From: a virus
Lineage: Duplodnaviria > Caudoviricetes
Reading direction: 5' to 3' (one strand)
Length of the DNA stretch: 64,000 bases
IMG/VR virus record: IMGVR_UViG_3300028374_000002
Coordinates: 128,001 to 192,000 of that record
The translations under genes were made by a program, and so were the position numbers. The notes beneath the pieces are model-generated. The model was not told the origin of the DNA. It was given only the letters and a program-made list of their open reading frames with translations, and did not search any database. Numbering within the stretch: position 1 is the stretch's first letter; each line of letters begins with the position of its first letter. This document shows positions 46,941-57,703 of this stretch, piece by piece.

Positions 46941-49205
46941 ATGAAATACCTAAAAAGAAAAAATATATACTTAAGTGAAGCATTTGACATGTCAGGTGGA
47001 TCATCAGGACCATTGGGCAATGACATAAATTGGGGAGATTCATTAGTGGGTAGAATGTTCAATTCTATAGCTAGGAGATTTACAGTTAATTATAATGTTA
47101 ATAGGATTGAGGCAATAGCTAAAGGCATAGATAGTGAATTTGAAATATTGTTAGCATCTGGTGCTATAGAGGGAAGTGAGCAAGAAGATGAATTTAACTT
47201 TTTTAAAATATCATTTTTATTGGGTAAGTTAAAAGAAATAATTGACAACGAAGAGTCTATAAGTAAAATAAAAGAAAATGTAGAGAACCTTTTAGATTAT
47301 ATATCTGAAATGGATGAATTTAAGAACGATAGAGCTAGTATTAAAAAAGAATTAGAAGAAAGCCTTCTTAATTTTGAAGAATATTTAAAAGATATTAAAA
47401 GTGATTCTACTAATGATGATGGGGATAAAGATGAAACTGAAACTGAAACTGAAAGCGATGATTCAGAGGAAGAAACAGATTTAGATCATCAAGAGGTGGT
47501 TAAATTAATAGACATAATAACCGATATACTAGAGAAGGCAGAAGAACTTGAAGAAGAATATAAAAATGTTCCTAGTGTACCTAGCGTATCTAATAAAGTT
47601 AGTGATGAAGATGCAGCTATAGAAGGTATGTCAAGAGAACACAAACAGTACATCAAGCTAAGTAAGCAGATACAAGAACTAGTATCAGAAGAAAATGGCA
47701 TTAAGCTAGATAAAAATTTTCTAACAAATCTAAAAAAACTATATAGTGATGGCAAATCTAAAAAATACTGGATTGGCTTAGGAAGAAAGCTTCAATTAGC
47801 ATACAAAAAATTTAGCAATAAATTTAATGAAAGTGCTGATATAGATTCTAGTGAAAGTGAAAGGGTGTCTATAGCTAGTAAGATATCAAATTTTGCTAAA
47901 AAATTAATGGGCATACCAGAAACAGAACTAGATGGCGACTTTGGTAGTTCTATTAAGAAGTTTAATAAGTTATTTAAGAGAATAGTTGATACAGGCATAG
48001 ATTCTAAAAACGAGAGCAAAATAATTAAATATAATGCCTTTATGAAGGTATATGAAAAATCTACGAATGGGAAAGAAATTCAAAAATTCTTTTATAAAAA
48101 CGTAGTATTAGATAATTGGATTGTTGACAAGAGTAAGGCTGATGATATTAAAGATATTGTTGAGAATTCTACAAAAGATATTAAAAAAATTGAAATAGAT
48201 CCAATATTAAGCATAGTAAAGCTGTTTAACAAGGCTTTTAAGGTTTATACAACACAAACTATACCTTCTGGTAGAAGTGGTGGTAGAGTCTCTAATAATG
48301 TGTTTAGAAGGTATACTAATTTAGGATCTAATGTAGGAACTCCAGATAATCCTGGTGGTGGACCATTTATAATAAACAAAGTATTCAATAAATTTGAGGA
48401 TAAGATACAGGATATTATTAGGGATAATAAATATAAAGCTTTATTTGACAAAGATACTGAAATAGAATTGGGTGATGGTAGAAAGGTTAAAGGTGGTGGT
48501 AAAATACTTCTTAGTTTTATACAAAAACTTCTAGATGGGGAAAATCTTTATAAAGGAAATGCTCAAAGTGTATTTTTTAAAGAATACTTTGGAATGGATG
48601 TGATACCTAAGAAAATAGGATCTGACAACATAACAGTTGGTAAAGATAATGAAGATTCACAAGATAGTGATGAAGCTATTGTTAAAGATAATACACAAAT
48701 TGATAAAGAAGTAATAGACACTTATTTTGAAGAGGTTAGTAAAATAACTGATACAGAAGGAACAATATATGGTATGTTGATAGGAAAGCAATTAATGTTT
48801 TACCTTATTGTTATTAAAGTAGAGGATGAAGATGTGTATGTTAAGTATTCAGAAACATTTTTAAACTTTTCTAAATATTTAGACCAAGACTATAATATTA
48901 AACCTGGTAAGATAAAAAATGTTGAATTAAGACCTAAACCAATGTTTTTTGGTAAGATGGATAGAGATTTATTTGATATAACTCCTGGTTCTGATATTAA
49001 AGTAGCAGCAGTTAATATTGATATGTTTAACACAAACAATGAAAGAACTATAGCTAAAAACTTTAAAGACTTAAAAGATGTTAGGAATATATTTCAATTA
49101 GTTGATAGCAATAAAGAACCTATCAAGTTTACTGACTTAGAGAAAACCGCATTTGGACCAATGGATTCTAAAAACTATAAAGATTTAAAAGAAAAATTTA
49201 AATGA
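46941..49205 (+). CDS. Large hypothetical virion-associated protein
   Basis: 754 aa, late motif at 46917-46925, MKYLKRKNIYLSE start; same operon direction as the sheath gene. Confidence 0.65.
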   Translation: MKYLKRKNIYLSEAFDMSGGSSGPLGNDINWGDSLVGRMFNSIARRFTVNYNVNRIEAIAKGIDSEFEILLASGAIEGSEQEDEFNFFKISFLLGKLKEIIDNEESISKIKENVENLLDYISEMDEFKNDRASIKKELEESLLNFEEYLKDIKSDSTNDDGDKDETETETESDDSEEETDLDHQEVVKLIDIITDILEKAEELEEEYKNVPSVPSVSNKVSDEDAAIEGMSREHKQYIKLSKQIQELVSEENGIKLDKNFLTNLKKLYSDGKSKKYWIGLGRKLQLAYKKFSNKFNESADIDSSESERVSIASKISNFAKKLMGIPETELDGDFGSSIKKFNKLFKRIVDTGIDSKNESKIIKYNAFMKVYEKSTNGKEIQKFFYKNVVLDNWIVDKSKADDIKDIVENSTKDIKKIEIDPILSIVKLFNKAFKVYTTQTIPSGRSGGRVSNNVFRRYTNLGSNVGTPDNPGGGPFIINKVFNKFEDKIQDIIRDNKYKALFDKDTEIELGDGRKVKGGGKILLSFIQKLLDGENLYKGNAQSVFFKEYFGMDVIPKKIGSDNITVGKDNEDSQDSDEAIVKDNTQIDKEVIDTYFEEVSKITDTEGTIYGMLIGKQLMFYLIVIKVEDEDVYVKYSETFLNFSKYLDQDYNIKPGKIKNVELRPKPMFFGKMDRDLFDITPGSDIKVAAVNIDMFNTNNERTIAKNFKDLKDVRNIFQLVDSNKEPIKFTDLEKTAFGPMDSKNYKDLKEKFK

Positions 49206-49726
49206 AACATTTAAAAAAGTACAAACTATTCTTAGAAGATTTTGAAGTTGAGGATAGTGATAGTGAAGATGTTAAACTATCTAAAGAAAAATTAGACAGA
49301 GTAAAGACACAAATATCATATTATAACTCTAATAAATCAAAAATAGATAAAATTTATCAAGATTTAGAAAATGGTAGTATTAAAGATGATTTAGATAAGG
49401 TAATTGGGACTGATGAAGATACAAACCCATTTCTAGTTAGTTACTCTAGTATAGCTAGTATAACTAGAAGTATTGAGAAGTTAAAAAAGAGAGAAACTGA
49501 TAAATCGATAGAAAAAAATGAGCTAAAGGATAGACTATCAGATGCTAGTGATGATATCTCAAAAGATATAAGTGATAGAATAAGCAAAGTCAATGATCAA
49601 ATAATTAAAATTAAAAAAGATATTAATGATGCTAGTAAAAAATTATCTGTATTAGAGAAAAGTCACAAAGAGAAAATGGATAATATAGAACAAGATATTA
49701 AAGATTGGATATCTAAAATTAAATAG
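49202..49726 (+). CDS. Coiled-coil protein, N-terminal MKHLKKYKLFLE
   Basis: 174-aa ORF with an ATGA overlap with the upstream gene. Confidence 0.65.
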   Translation: MKHLKKYKLFLEDFEVEDSDSEDVKLSKEKLDRVKTQISYYNSNKSKIDKIYQDLENGSIKDDLDKVIGTDEDTNPFLVSYSSIASITRSIEKLKKRETDKSIEKNELKDRLSDASDDISKDISDRISKVNDQIIKIKKDINDASKKLSVLEKSHKEKMDNIEQDIKDWISKIK

Positions 49727-49801
49727 CTATTATCCAAAATAGAAAAAATGTCATTTTTTAGTTTTTATATATATACTAAATAAAAAAATTAAATAGAAAA
49801 T

Positions 49802-52800
49802 ATGGCAAATATTCAAATTGGCAAGTACAAAAGACCAGGTATATTCATAGAAGAATTTGATCAGTCAGTAAATTCATCACCAACAGTAGATGGGATAACT
49901 AACCTCGTTATAGGTACTTCTAAAAAAGGACCAGTTAACACACCAGTAAGATTGACAAATATAAATGATTTAGAATCAGTTTTTGGACAAATAGACAGAG
50001 GTATGGAAAGAAAAGGATCATTCTTTCATAGAACGATTTCTAAGATGTTAGAAACTTCACCAGTTTTTGCATTGAATTTACTCTCAACTAATGACGAATT
50101 AGACACAATTAAATTTAAAACATTGTCAGCTTCTGCTGGTACAAATAATGATGTTTTGAAAGAAGGACCTTATAGAAGAGTTTTCGACACAACAGGCTTT
50201 TGGAGAAGGGATACTGAATCTTTCTTAAACTTAACAGATGATAATCAAAGAGCATTTAGCTTAACAAACCTATCTGATAAGACAGTAACTGCATTCGTTT
50301 TTAAATCAAGACTAAGTGGATTTGATAGAACTTTGTTAGAATGGTACGGGTCAGAAGATAGAATACCACCATATGTATCTAGTAAAGACTACGCAGCAGA
50401 CTACCTAGTAGATGTTGTTTTAGTAAGTGGGGATTGGTCAGATTACCAATCACTAGCGGTTGATAACAGATGGAGTAGCTATTTCAATAATAATGGTCTT
50501 ATAAAAGAAAGAGTAAGAGATTTTGCTAATGATAGAAATATTAATCTTCTAGAATACTATGAAGGTCTTTCACTTATTCCTTTTTTCAGAGATACAAATG
50601 GAAATAACATATTTATAGAAACTATTATAAACAGAGATACTGATAGAACTGGCTTATTCTGTGCATTTAATAATGATGCAGTAGAGGTTGATTCTTATAA
50701 TGGTTTAATTGACTTGTTAGGAAATACTACAACTGATGAAGATGTAGAATCAATTGACTTTTTGTCTTATAATGAAACTTTAAAAGAGGAAATTGAATTT
50801 ATTCAAACTCCTTTAGACTTGCCTGGTAATGTAACTGCTATAATGGGTGGTGTAACAAATTACACAGGTCAAGCATCACATGCGTTTACAGATACTGATG
50901 TTTCACCTGCTCCATTAGTAGAGGGCAATATTGAAAACGGTAATAATAGAACAGCATATTTTGCAGAGGGATCAACTTTTGGATTAACAAGAACTGATTT
51001 CGTTATAACTGCTAGCAATATAGAATTAACATATGAAGCTATTGAAGGTGCATTTGTAGTTATTGGGGATAGAAAAATAGATATCACTGATGGTTCTTAT
51101 ACATTAATCTTAGATGCTTCACAATACCCAGAGGCTACTAGTGGTCCAGTATCATATAGTTCGGTAGCAACTGTTAATACAAAGGGTGAAATAGCATTAA
51201 AGAATAGTGATGATGAAAATAATATGCCTGTAGCAATTACTGAATTAGCATTAGGTAAAATTGAAATAGTTATAGATGGTATTGAATTTGATATTTCATC
51301 AAATATACAAGACATAACAGTCGATGTAGCTGGCTTTGTAGACTTGGTGATTGGTGTTGATTATAGCGTAAGTTATACAGAGAATGGTAAATTTGAAATT
51401 GAATTTTTAGATACTGCAACAACTGTATCTCTTTCTAATTACCAACAATCTAGAAGATTTAAGATGTTTAACAGATTGGTTAGTGTAATTGATAATGTTA
51501 ACAAAGATAAAGTCCTTATGAGCTTAGGCTCTACTGGTTTTAATGTTAGCTTAGGAAATGTAACAATAGAAGATATAATTACTTCTACTAGCCAGAATAA
51601 GAAGTTTACATTGAATACACCATTAACAGAAGTTGAATTAGTGGATGTTCTTGCTGGATACTTAGTATTCTATACAGTAGATAATGAATTTATATTAGGA
51701 TCAGAAGGTGCTAAAACTAAAGGAGAGGTAGCATCAAACGAAGAAGGTGTAATTGGTAAATATTCTGATTTCTACGATGCATTTAATGACGGAGTTATAA
51801 ACACAAGAGATTCATTTGACCAAGTTGGTGTTGAGAATGGTGTATTTATGAAAATGTACTTAGAGGCTAATGGCGATATGATTTTTGAATCAACTGGTAA
51901 AGATATGTTAGCGACTGAGGCAATTGACGGTGATAACTTAACTAAATCTATTACAGTTAAATCAAAACTTGGTAATTTAAAACAAACTCTAGAATTAGAG
52001 GATGATGTTAATTACATTGAGACACCTAATAAGGTATTAATAGATGGGTCTAGATATACTGAGGTTAGAATAGGCGATTTCTTGAAATCTACAAAAACTC
52101 CTAGAGAATTAACTAGGATTATTTCTAAAAGAAGATATAATACTACTACTAATTTAGTTGAACTTACTTGTGATTCTGAAATATTAAAAGAAGATTTTAA
52201 TGGTGATAGACAAACAACAAGATTTGTATCAGTAGATAATTATGCTAATACATATAAAGGTTTAGTTTTTGAAGGATTTAAAGTAAAGGAGTCTTCATTA
52301 CCAGATGGTACAGAAGAAACTCAAAATAGAATACTAAACTTAGTAGCTAAAGGAACTCCCTTATTTAAAGCAGTAACTAATAAAGAAGCTATTGACTTTA
52401 GATATTTAATTGACTCTTTTGGACTTGGATTAGTAGAAAATTCTAAATCTCAATTGGTAGATATTTGTGGAGATAGATTAGATGCATTTGGATTTATAAA
52501 CATGCCTTCTTTAAGACAGTTTAAAAAATCGCCAAACTTTACAGATTTGGAAGGTGTATTAAGTGTTGAGTTCTTAGCAGATGGTGGTAATAAAGAAAGT
52601 CTAAATCCAGTTGGATATTCATTCCCACAAGGAGTAGGTGATACATCGGTTGGGTATTTCACACCTTATGTTACTGTAAATGATAATGGTCGTCCATTAG
52701 AGATGCCACCAGCATCTTATGTGGCTACAACTTATATGAGAAAGCATATTTCTAATATAACATCTATTACACCTTGGACAATAGCAGCTGGTGTTACAAA

Positions 52801-53293
52801 TGGTAGAATAACAAATATCACAGGTCTAGAAATGGACTTTACTAAAGAAGATATTGAGTTCTTAAATCAAGCACAAATTAACCCTATTGTTTTCAAAAGA
52901 AATAGAGGATATATAATTGAGACAGAGAACACTGCACAAACATTGTTTAATTCTGCACTATCTTTTATACATGTTAGAGAGGTTCTTATAGAACTTGAAA
53001 GAGAATTATCTAATATGTTATTGGATTACCAATGGAAGTATAATACTCCTGATGTTAGAGCAGAAATTAAACTAAGAGCAGATGTTATATGTGAGACTTA
53101 TGTGAGTAAGAATGGTTTATTCAACTTCTTTAATAAGATGGATGATGAAAATAACACACCAGAGATAATAGATAACCAAATTGGGGTGCTTGACACGTTT
53201 GTTGAACCGATACGCGCAATGGGAATCATTGTTAATAACATTACTATCCTTAGAACTGGTGCTATATCAGCAGGTGGATTTATAAATAGATAG
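49802..53293 (+). CDS. gp18: Tail sheath protein (gp18-like, enlarged)
   Basis: RPGIFIEEFD, GTSKKGPVNTP, C-terminal PWTIAAG..G, INPI, HVREVL.E.E, VEP.RA..I..N. Confidence 0.9.
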   Translation: MANIQIGKYKRPGIFIEEFDQSVNSSPTVDGITNLVIGTSKKGPVNTPVRLTNINDLESVFGQIDRGMERKGSFFHRTISKMLETSPVFALNLLSTNDELDTIKFKTLSASAGTNNDVLKEGPYRRVFDTTGFWRRDTESFLNLTDDNQRAFSLTNLSDKTVTAFVFKSRLSGFDRTLLEWYGSEDRIPPYVSSKDYAADYLVDVVLVSGDWSDYQSLAVDNRWSSYFNNNGLIKERVRDFANDRNINLLEYYEGLSLIPFFRDTNGNNIFIETIINRDTDRTGLFCAFNNDAVEVDSYNGLIDLLGNTTTDEDVESIDFLSYNETLKEEIEFIQTPLDLPGNVTAIMGGVTNYTGQASHAFTDTDVSPAPLVEGNIENGNNRTAYFAEGSTFGLTRTDFVITASNIELTYEAIEGAFVVIGDRKIDITDGSYTLILDASQYPEATSGPVSYSSVATVNTKGEIALKNSDDENNMPVAITELALGKIEIVIDGIEFDISSNIQDITVDVAGFVDLVIGVDYSVSYTENGKFEIEFLDTATTVSLSNYQQSRRFKMFNRLVSVIDNVNKDKVLMSLGSTGFNVSLGNVTIEDIITSTSQNKKFTLNTPLTEVELVDVLAGYLVFYTVDNEFILGSEGAKTKGEVASNEEGVIGKYSDFYDAFNDGVINTRDSFDQVGVENGVFMKMYLEANGDMIFESTGKDMLATEAIDGDNLTKSITVKSKLGNLKQTLELEDDVNYIETPNKVLIDGSRYTEVRIGDFLKSTKTPRELTRIISKRRYNTTTNLVELTCDSEILKEDFNGDRQTTRFVSVDNYANTYKGLVFEGFKVKESSLPDGTEETQNRILNLVAKGTPLFKAVTNKEAIDFRYLIDSFGLGLVENSKSQLVDICGDRLDAFGFINMPSLRQFKKSPNFTDLEGVLSVEFLADGGNKESLNPVGYSFPQGVGDTSVGYFTPYVTVNDNGRPLEMPPASYVATTYMRKHISNITSITPWTIAAGVTNGRITNITGLEMDFTKEDIEFLNQAQINPIVFKRNRGYIIETENTAQTLFNSALSFIHVREVLIELERELSNMLLDYQWKYNTPDVRAEIKLRADVICETYVSKNGLFNFFNKMDDENNTPEIIDNQIGVLDTFVEPIRAMGIIVNNITILRTGAISAGGFINR

Positions 53294-53315
53294 TAAATAG
53301 ATAATAAATAATTAC

Positions 53316-53348
53316 AAACCTCCATTTTAATCTAATGGGGGTTTTTTT
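53316..53348 (+). terminator. Intrinsic terminator after the sheath gene
   Basis: AAACCTCCATT...AATGGGGGTTTTTTT. Confidence 0.65.
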
Positions 53349-53399
53349 AATTAAACAAACTATTTAAAAAGCATATAACATATAAATGAAAACTATCTT

Positions 53400-55100
53400 A
53401 TGATAAGCAAAGATTTCTTATATAATTATAAATTTGATAATAAGTCTGGTAAAATGTCTATGGAAAAGTATGTTTCAAAGAACTTTTTTGATGATTATAC
53501 ATACATAGTCAAATATTGTGAAGATAATAATATAAATCATCTATGTTTTAAAGAAAAGGTATATCATGTTATAAATGATATAAAGACAGATGTCATTTGT
53601 GTCAATGAGTTGTGTGATAATCTAGTAAAATTTAAAAACTCATCTATGGGGTACTATGATTACTGTTCTAACAAATGTATAGGTAGTGATGATAAAATAA
53701 AAAAGAAAAAAGAAAACACCAATTTAAAAAAATTTGGACATAAACACGCAGCACATAGTGAGCATGTTAAGGCAATAACTTCAAAAAAATATGAAAACCG
53801 AACAAATTCTTATAAAAAAAGTATCTTAAATAAGAGGATAAAAACACTAAATGATAGGTATGGTGTTAATAATGTAGCAAGTATAGATGGTCTTTTAGAA
53901 AGAAGAGTCGAGTCTTTTAAGAAAAATATAGATGCATACAAAGCATCATATAAAAAAACATCCCTTGATAGATATGGTGTAGACCATCCTTGGAAAAATG
54001 AAAAAATACACAAAAAAAGCATTCTCAATTCAAAAATCACTAAAAATGAAAACTTGTATAAAAAAGTACTAGATAAAATACACACATATGATAACATACA
54101 CTTTATTAGTATAGATTATCACACTAGAGTAATAAGCCTACATTGCGATGTGTGTAATGAAGGGTTTAATATACATAGAGAATATTTGCATAACAGACAA
54201 AGTGTGGATAATGTAATATGTACAAAATGCAATCCAGTCAGTAGTAATATATCTGGTCTAGAGAAGGATTTAAAAATATATATAGAGAGCATATATGACG
54301 ATTTAATAATTGAAAATGATAGAAAAGTTTTAGGTGGCAAGGAACTAGATATATATTTACCAAATTCTAACATAGCATTTGAGTTTAATGGACTATATTG
54401 GCACAGTGAGATTAATAAAGCTAAGAAATACCATTATGATAAGACAAATATGTGCTTGAGTAAAGGTGTGTACCTTATGCATATATGGGAAGATGACTGG
54501 ATATTGAGGAAAGATATAATAAAATCTATCATATCATATAAGCTCAAGAAAACAATAGGTTCTATATATGCTAGGAAGTGTCTAATTAAAACAGTCAACA
54601 CAGAAGATAGTAGAATATTTATGGATAATAATCATATACAGGGATATTCTAATTCTAATATAAAATTAGGTCTATATCACAAAGATACCTTAGTATCACT
54701 TATGTGTTTCTCTAGACCAAGGGGTGGATCTGATAATGAATATGAATTAATTAGGTTTTGTAATCTATTAAAAACAAATGTTGTTGGTGGTGCTAGTAAA
54801 CTATTCAATTATTTATTAAAACAGTATAGTGTTAGCAGTGTTATCTCATTTTCAGACACCTCTATGTTCGATGGCTCATTATATGAAAAATTGGGATTTG
54901 AACATACTAAAAATGTACCAATCGATTACAAATGGATTATTGGAAATAGAAGGTGTCATAAATCTAAGTATAGAAAATCACAGCTTATAAAAATGGGTTA
55001 TGATATAGATAAATCTGAAAAGGAAATAATGTATGAAGATGTTATAAGTTATAGAATATGGGACTGTGGGAAGGTCAAGTGGATTTATAAAACGCTATAG
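53400..55100 (+). CDS. Hef-like homing endonuclease
   Basis: YGVNN/YGVDH repeats; LDIYLPNSNIAFEFNGLYWHSE; HIWEDDW; YELIRFC. Confidence 0.75.
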   Translation: MISKDFLYNYKFDNKSGKMSMEKYVSKNFFDDYTYIVKYCEDNNINHLCFKEKVYHVINDIKTDVICVNELCDNLVKFKNSSMGYYDYCSNKCIGSDDKIKKKKENTNLKKFGHKHAAHSEHVKAITSKKYENRTNSYKKSILNKRIKTLNDRYGVNNVASIDGLLERRVESFKKNIDAYKASYKKTSLDRYGVDHPWKNEKIHKKSILNSKITKNENLYKKVLDKIHTYDNIHFISIDYHTRVISLHCDVCNEGFNIHREYLHNRQSVDNVICTKCNPVSSNISGLEKDLKIYIESIYDDLIIENDRKVLGGKELDIYLPNSNIAFEFNGLYWHSEINKAKKYHYDKTNMCLSKGVYLMHIWEDDWILRKDIIKSIISYKLKKTIGSIYARKCLIKTVNTEDSRIFMDNNHIQGYSNSNIKLGLYHKDTLVSLMCFSRPRGGSDNEYELIRFCNLLKTNVVGGASKLFNYLLKQYSVSSVISFSDTSMFDGSLYEKLGFEHTKNVPIDYKWIIGNRRCHKSKYRKSQLIKMGYDIDKSEKEIMYEDVISYRIWDCGKVKWIYKTL

Positions 55101-55132
55101 ATATATTCCTAACCAAACTCAACTTACCTATT

Positions 55133-55141
55133 TAATATATA
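55133..55141 (+). promoter_or_regulatory. Late-promoter-like TAATATATA heading the LRR array
   Basis: Same 9-mer and 4-nt spacing to the start codon as at many other genes in the window. Confidence 0.65.
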
Positions 55142-55145
55142 GGTT

Positions 55146-55814
55146 ATGAAACATATAAAACCTTATAAAATATTCGAGAGTACAAGTCTTAACTTCCCAA
55201 CTACAAGAGAGGAAGTTATAGAAGTGTGTAAAAAATATAGAATAAAAAACTACACTATCAATGACGATTTAAGTATTGATGTTGATGGTGATGTTGAATT
55301 AGATAGCAGAAATTTAGAATACTTACCACTTAAATTTAATTATGTAAATGGTCATTTTGATTGTGCTTATAATAGATTAGAAACATTAGAAGGTTGTCCA
55401 CAAACAGTAGGTGGTTATTTTTTTTGTTTTGAAAATGAACTAAAGACATTAGAAGGTAGTCCACAAACAGTAGGTGGTGATTTTGGTTGTTCACTTAATG
55501 AATTAATAACATTAGAAGGTAGCCCACAAACAGTAAATGGGAATTTTCTTTGTTTTGGAAATGAATTAAAAGACTTAGAATACTTCCCAGAAGTAATTGG
55601 TAATGTATACATAAAGGAAAATCCAGTAGATTTATTAGTACATACTTTTATCGAAACTGCTGATAGTTTTATGATAGAAGACTTCATAGATTATGAGATA
55701 GTTAGAAACAGAGATACTGTTATGTTAGATAGATTACAAACATTCATAAGGGATAATGATTTAAAGATGCCTAATTTAAAAGAAATTAAAAAACACTATA
55801 AAATAATAGAATAG
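55146..55814 (+). CDS. LRR array protein 1 (222 aa)
   Basis: 21-aa repeats L..LEGxPQTVGGxFxCxxN. Confidence 0.9.
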   Translation: MKHIKPYKIFESTSLNFPTTREEVIEVCKKYRIKNYTINDDLSIDVDGDVELDSRNLEYLPLKFNYVNGHFDCAYNRLETLEGCPQTVGGYFFCFENELKTLEGSPQTVGGDFGCSLNELITLEGSPQTVNGNFLCFGNELKDLEYFPEVIGNVYIKENPVDLLVHTFIETADSFMIEDFIDYEIVRNRDTVMLDRLQTFIRDNDLKMPNLKEIKKHYKIIE

Positions 55815-55816
55815 AA

Positions 55817-56359
55817 ATGAAACATATAAAACCCTACAAGATATTTGAGAGTACAAGTCCTAACTTCCCAACTACAAGAGAGGGAGTTATACAAGTTTGT
55901 GAAAAGTATAGAATAGAAAACTATACTATTAACAATGACTTAACAATTGATGTTGATGGTGGTGTTTATTTAGGGGAGAAAGACTTAAAACACTTACCAC
56001 TTAAATTTAATTATGTGAGTGGGATTTTCGTTTGCCGTATTAATAAACTAAAATCCTTGGAAGGTTGTCCTAAAACAGTAGGTGGTAATTTTTATTGTTC
56101 TAACAATGAATTAAGAGATTTAGAACATTTCCCAGAAGTAGATGGTATTATATCTATGAGAGAAAATCCAGTATATCTCTTAGTATACACCTTTATTCAG
56201 AATGCTGATAGTTTCCTAATAGAAGATTTTAACGACTATGAAATAGTTAGAAACAGAGATACTGTTATGTTAGATAGATTACAAACTTTTATAAGAGATA
56301 ATAATCTAAGGATGCCTGAGTTAGAACTCATTAAAAACCACTATAAAATAATAGAATAG
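55817..56359 (+). CDS. LRR array protein 2 (180 aa, two fewer repeats)
   Basis: 222 minus 42 aa. Confidence 0.9.
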   Translation: MKHIKPYKIFESTSPNFPTTREGVIQVCEKYRIENYTINNDLTIDVDGGVYLGEKDLKHLPLKFNYVSGIFVCRINKLKSLEGCPKTVGGNFYCSNNELRDLEHFPEVDGIISMRENPVYLLVYTFIQNADSFLIEDFNDYEIVRNRDTVMLDRLQTFIRDNNLRMPELELIKNHYKIIE

Positions 56360-56361
56360 AA

Positions 56362-57030
56362 ATGAAACACATAAAACCTTACAAAATATTTGAAAGCAAC
56401 AGTCCTAACTTCCCAACTACAAGAGAAGGTGTTATAGAAGCTTGTGAAAAGTGTTTAATAAATATCTACACTATCAATGATGATTTAAGCATCGATGTTG
56501 GTGATGATGTTTTTTTAACTAATAGAAGCTTAGAGTATCTACCACTTAAATTTAACCATGTGAAAGGTTCTTTTATATGTAGCTTTAATGAATTAAAAAC
56601 ATTGGAGGGTAGTCCACAAACATTAGGTGGACAGTTTGATTGCTGTCATAATAAACTAAAGACATTGGAGGGTAGTCCACAAACAGTAGATGGTAACTTT
56701 AATTGTTCTGCTAATATTCTAATGACATTAGAAGGTAGTCCAAAAACAATAAATGGTGATTTTGATTGTTTTGATAATGATTTAACTGATTTAGAATATT
56801 TCCCAGAAGTAAATGGGGAAATATTTTTAGGGATTAATAAAATAAGTCATTTAGTACATAGCTTTATCAAAAATGCTGATAGCTTTATGATAGAAGATTT
56901 TAATGATTATGAGATAGTTAGAAACAGAGACACTGTTATGTTAGATAGATTACAAACATTCATAAGGGATAACGATTTAGAGATGCCTGACTTAGAACCC
57001 ATTAAAAACCACTATAAAATAATAGAATAG
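56362..57030 (+). CDS. LRR array protein 3 (222 aa)
   Basis: Same caps and repeats. Confidence 0.9.
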   Translation: MKHIKPYKIFESNSPNFPTTREGVIEACEKCLINIYTINDDLSIDVGDDVFLTNRSLEYLPLKFNHVKGSFICSFNELKTLEGSPQTLGGQFDCCHNKLKTLEGSPQTVDGNFNCSANILMTLEGSPKTINGDFDCFDNDLTDLEYFPEVNGEIFLGINKISHLVHSFIKNADSFMIEDFNDYEIVRNRDTVMLDRLQTFIRDNDLEMPDLEPIKNHYKIIE

Positions 57031-57032
57031 AA

Positions 57033-57701
57033 ATGAAACATATAAAACCTTACAAAATATTTGAAAGCAACAGTCCTAACTTCCCAACTACAAGAGAGGA
57101 AGTTATAGAAGTTTGTAAAAAATATGATATAGAGAACTATACTATTAATGATGATTTAAGTATTGATGTTGATCATAACGTTATTTTAAATTTTAAAAGG
57201 TTAGAATATTTACCACTTAAATTTAATTATGTGAGTGGTGGTTTTAGTTGTCACCACAATAAACTAAAAACATTAAAAGGTAGTCCACAAACAGTAGGTG
57301 GTTTTTTTGAATGCTCTTTTAATTATTTAGAATCACTAGAAGGTTGTCCACAAACAGTAGGTGGTTATTTTATGTGTTATGATAACGAATTAAGAACACT
57401 AGAAGGTAGTCCACAAAAAATAGATGGTGATTTTAATTGTGGTGATAATTATTTAACTGATTTAGAACATTTCCCAGAAGTAAGTGGTGGTATATACATA
57501 AATACAAACCCAGTAAATTTACTAGTATATACCTTTATCAAAAATGCTGATAGCTTTATGATAGAAGACTTTATAGACTATGAGATAATTAGGAACAGAG
57601 ATACTGTTATGTTAGATAGGCTTCAAACATTCATAGAAGGATTTGATTTAGAAATACCTGACTTAGAAAAAATTAAAGAACACTATAAAATAATAGAATA
57701 A
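57033..57701 (+). CDS. LRR array protein 4 (222 aa)
   Basis: Same caps and repeats. Confidence 0.9.
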   Translation: MKHIKPYKIFESNSPNFPTTREEVIEVCKKYDIENYTINDDLSIDVDHNVILNFKRLEYLPLKFNYVSGGFSCHHNKLKTLKGSPQTVGGFFECSFNYLESLEGCPQTVGGYFMCYDNELRTLEGSPQKIDGDFNCGDNYLTDLEHFPEVSGGIYINTNPVNLLVYTFIKNADSFMIEDFIDYEIIRNRDTVMLDRLQTFIEGFDLEIPDLEKIKEHYKIIE

Positions 57702-57703
57702 AC

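Noticed and set aside
23643-53332. Similar TTACAAACCTCC..TTAATC strings at about 23643 and 53312
   Set aside because: Short and imperfect, in different contexts (promoter-upstream versus terminator stem); not distinguishable from chance without a genome-wide scan.
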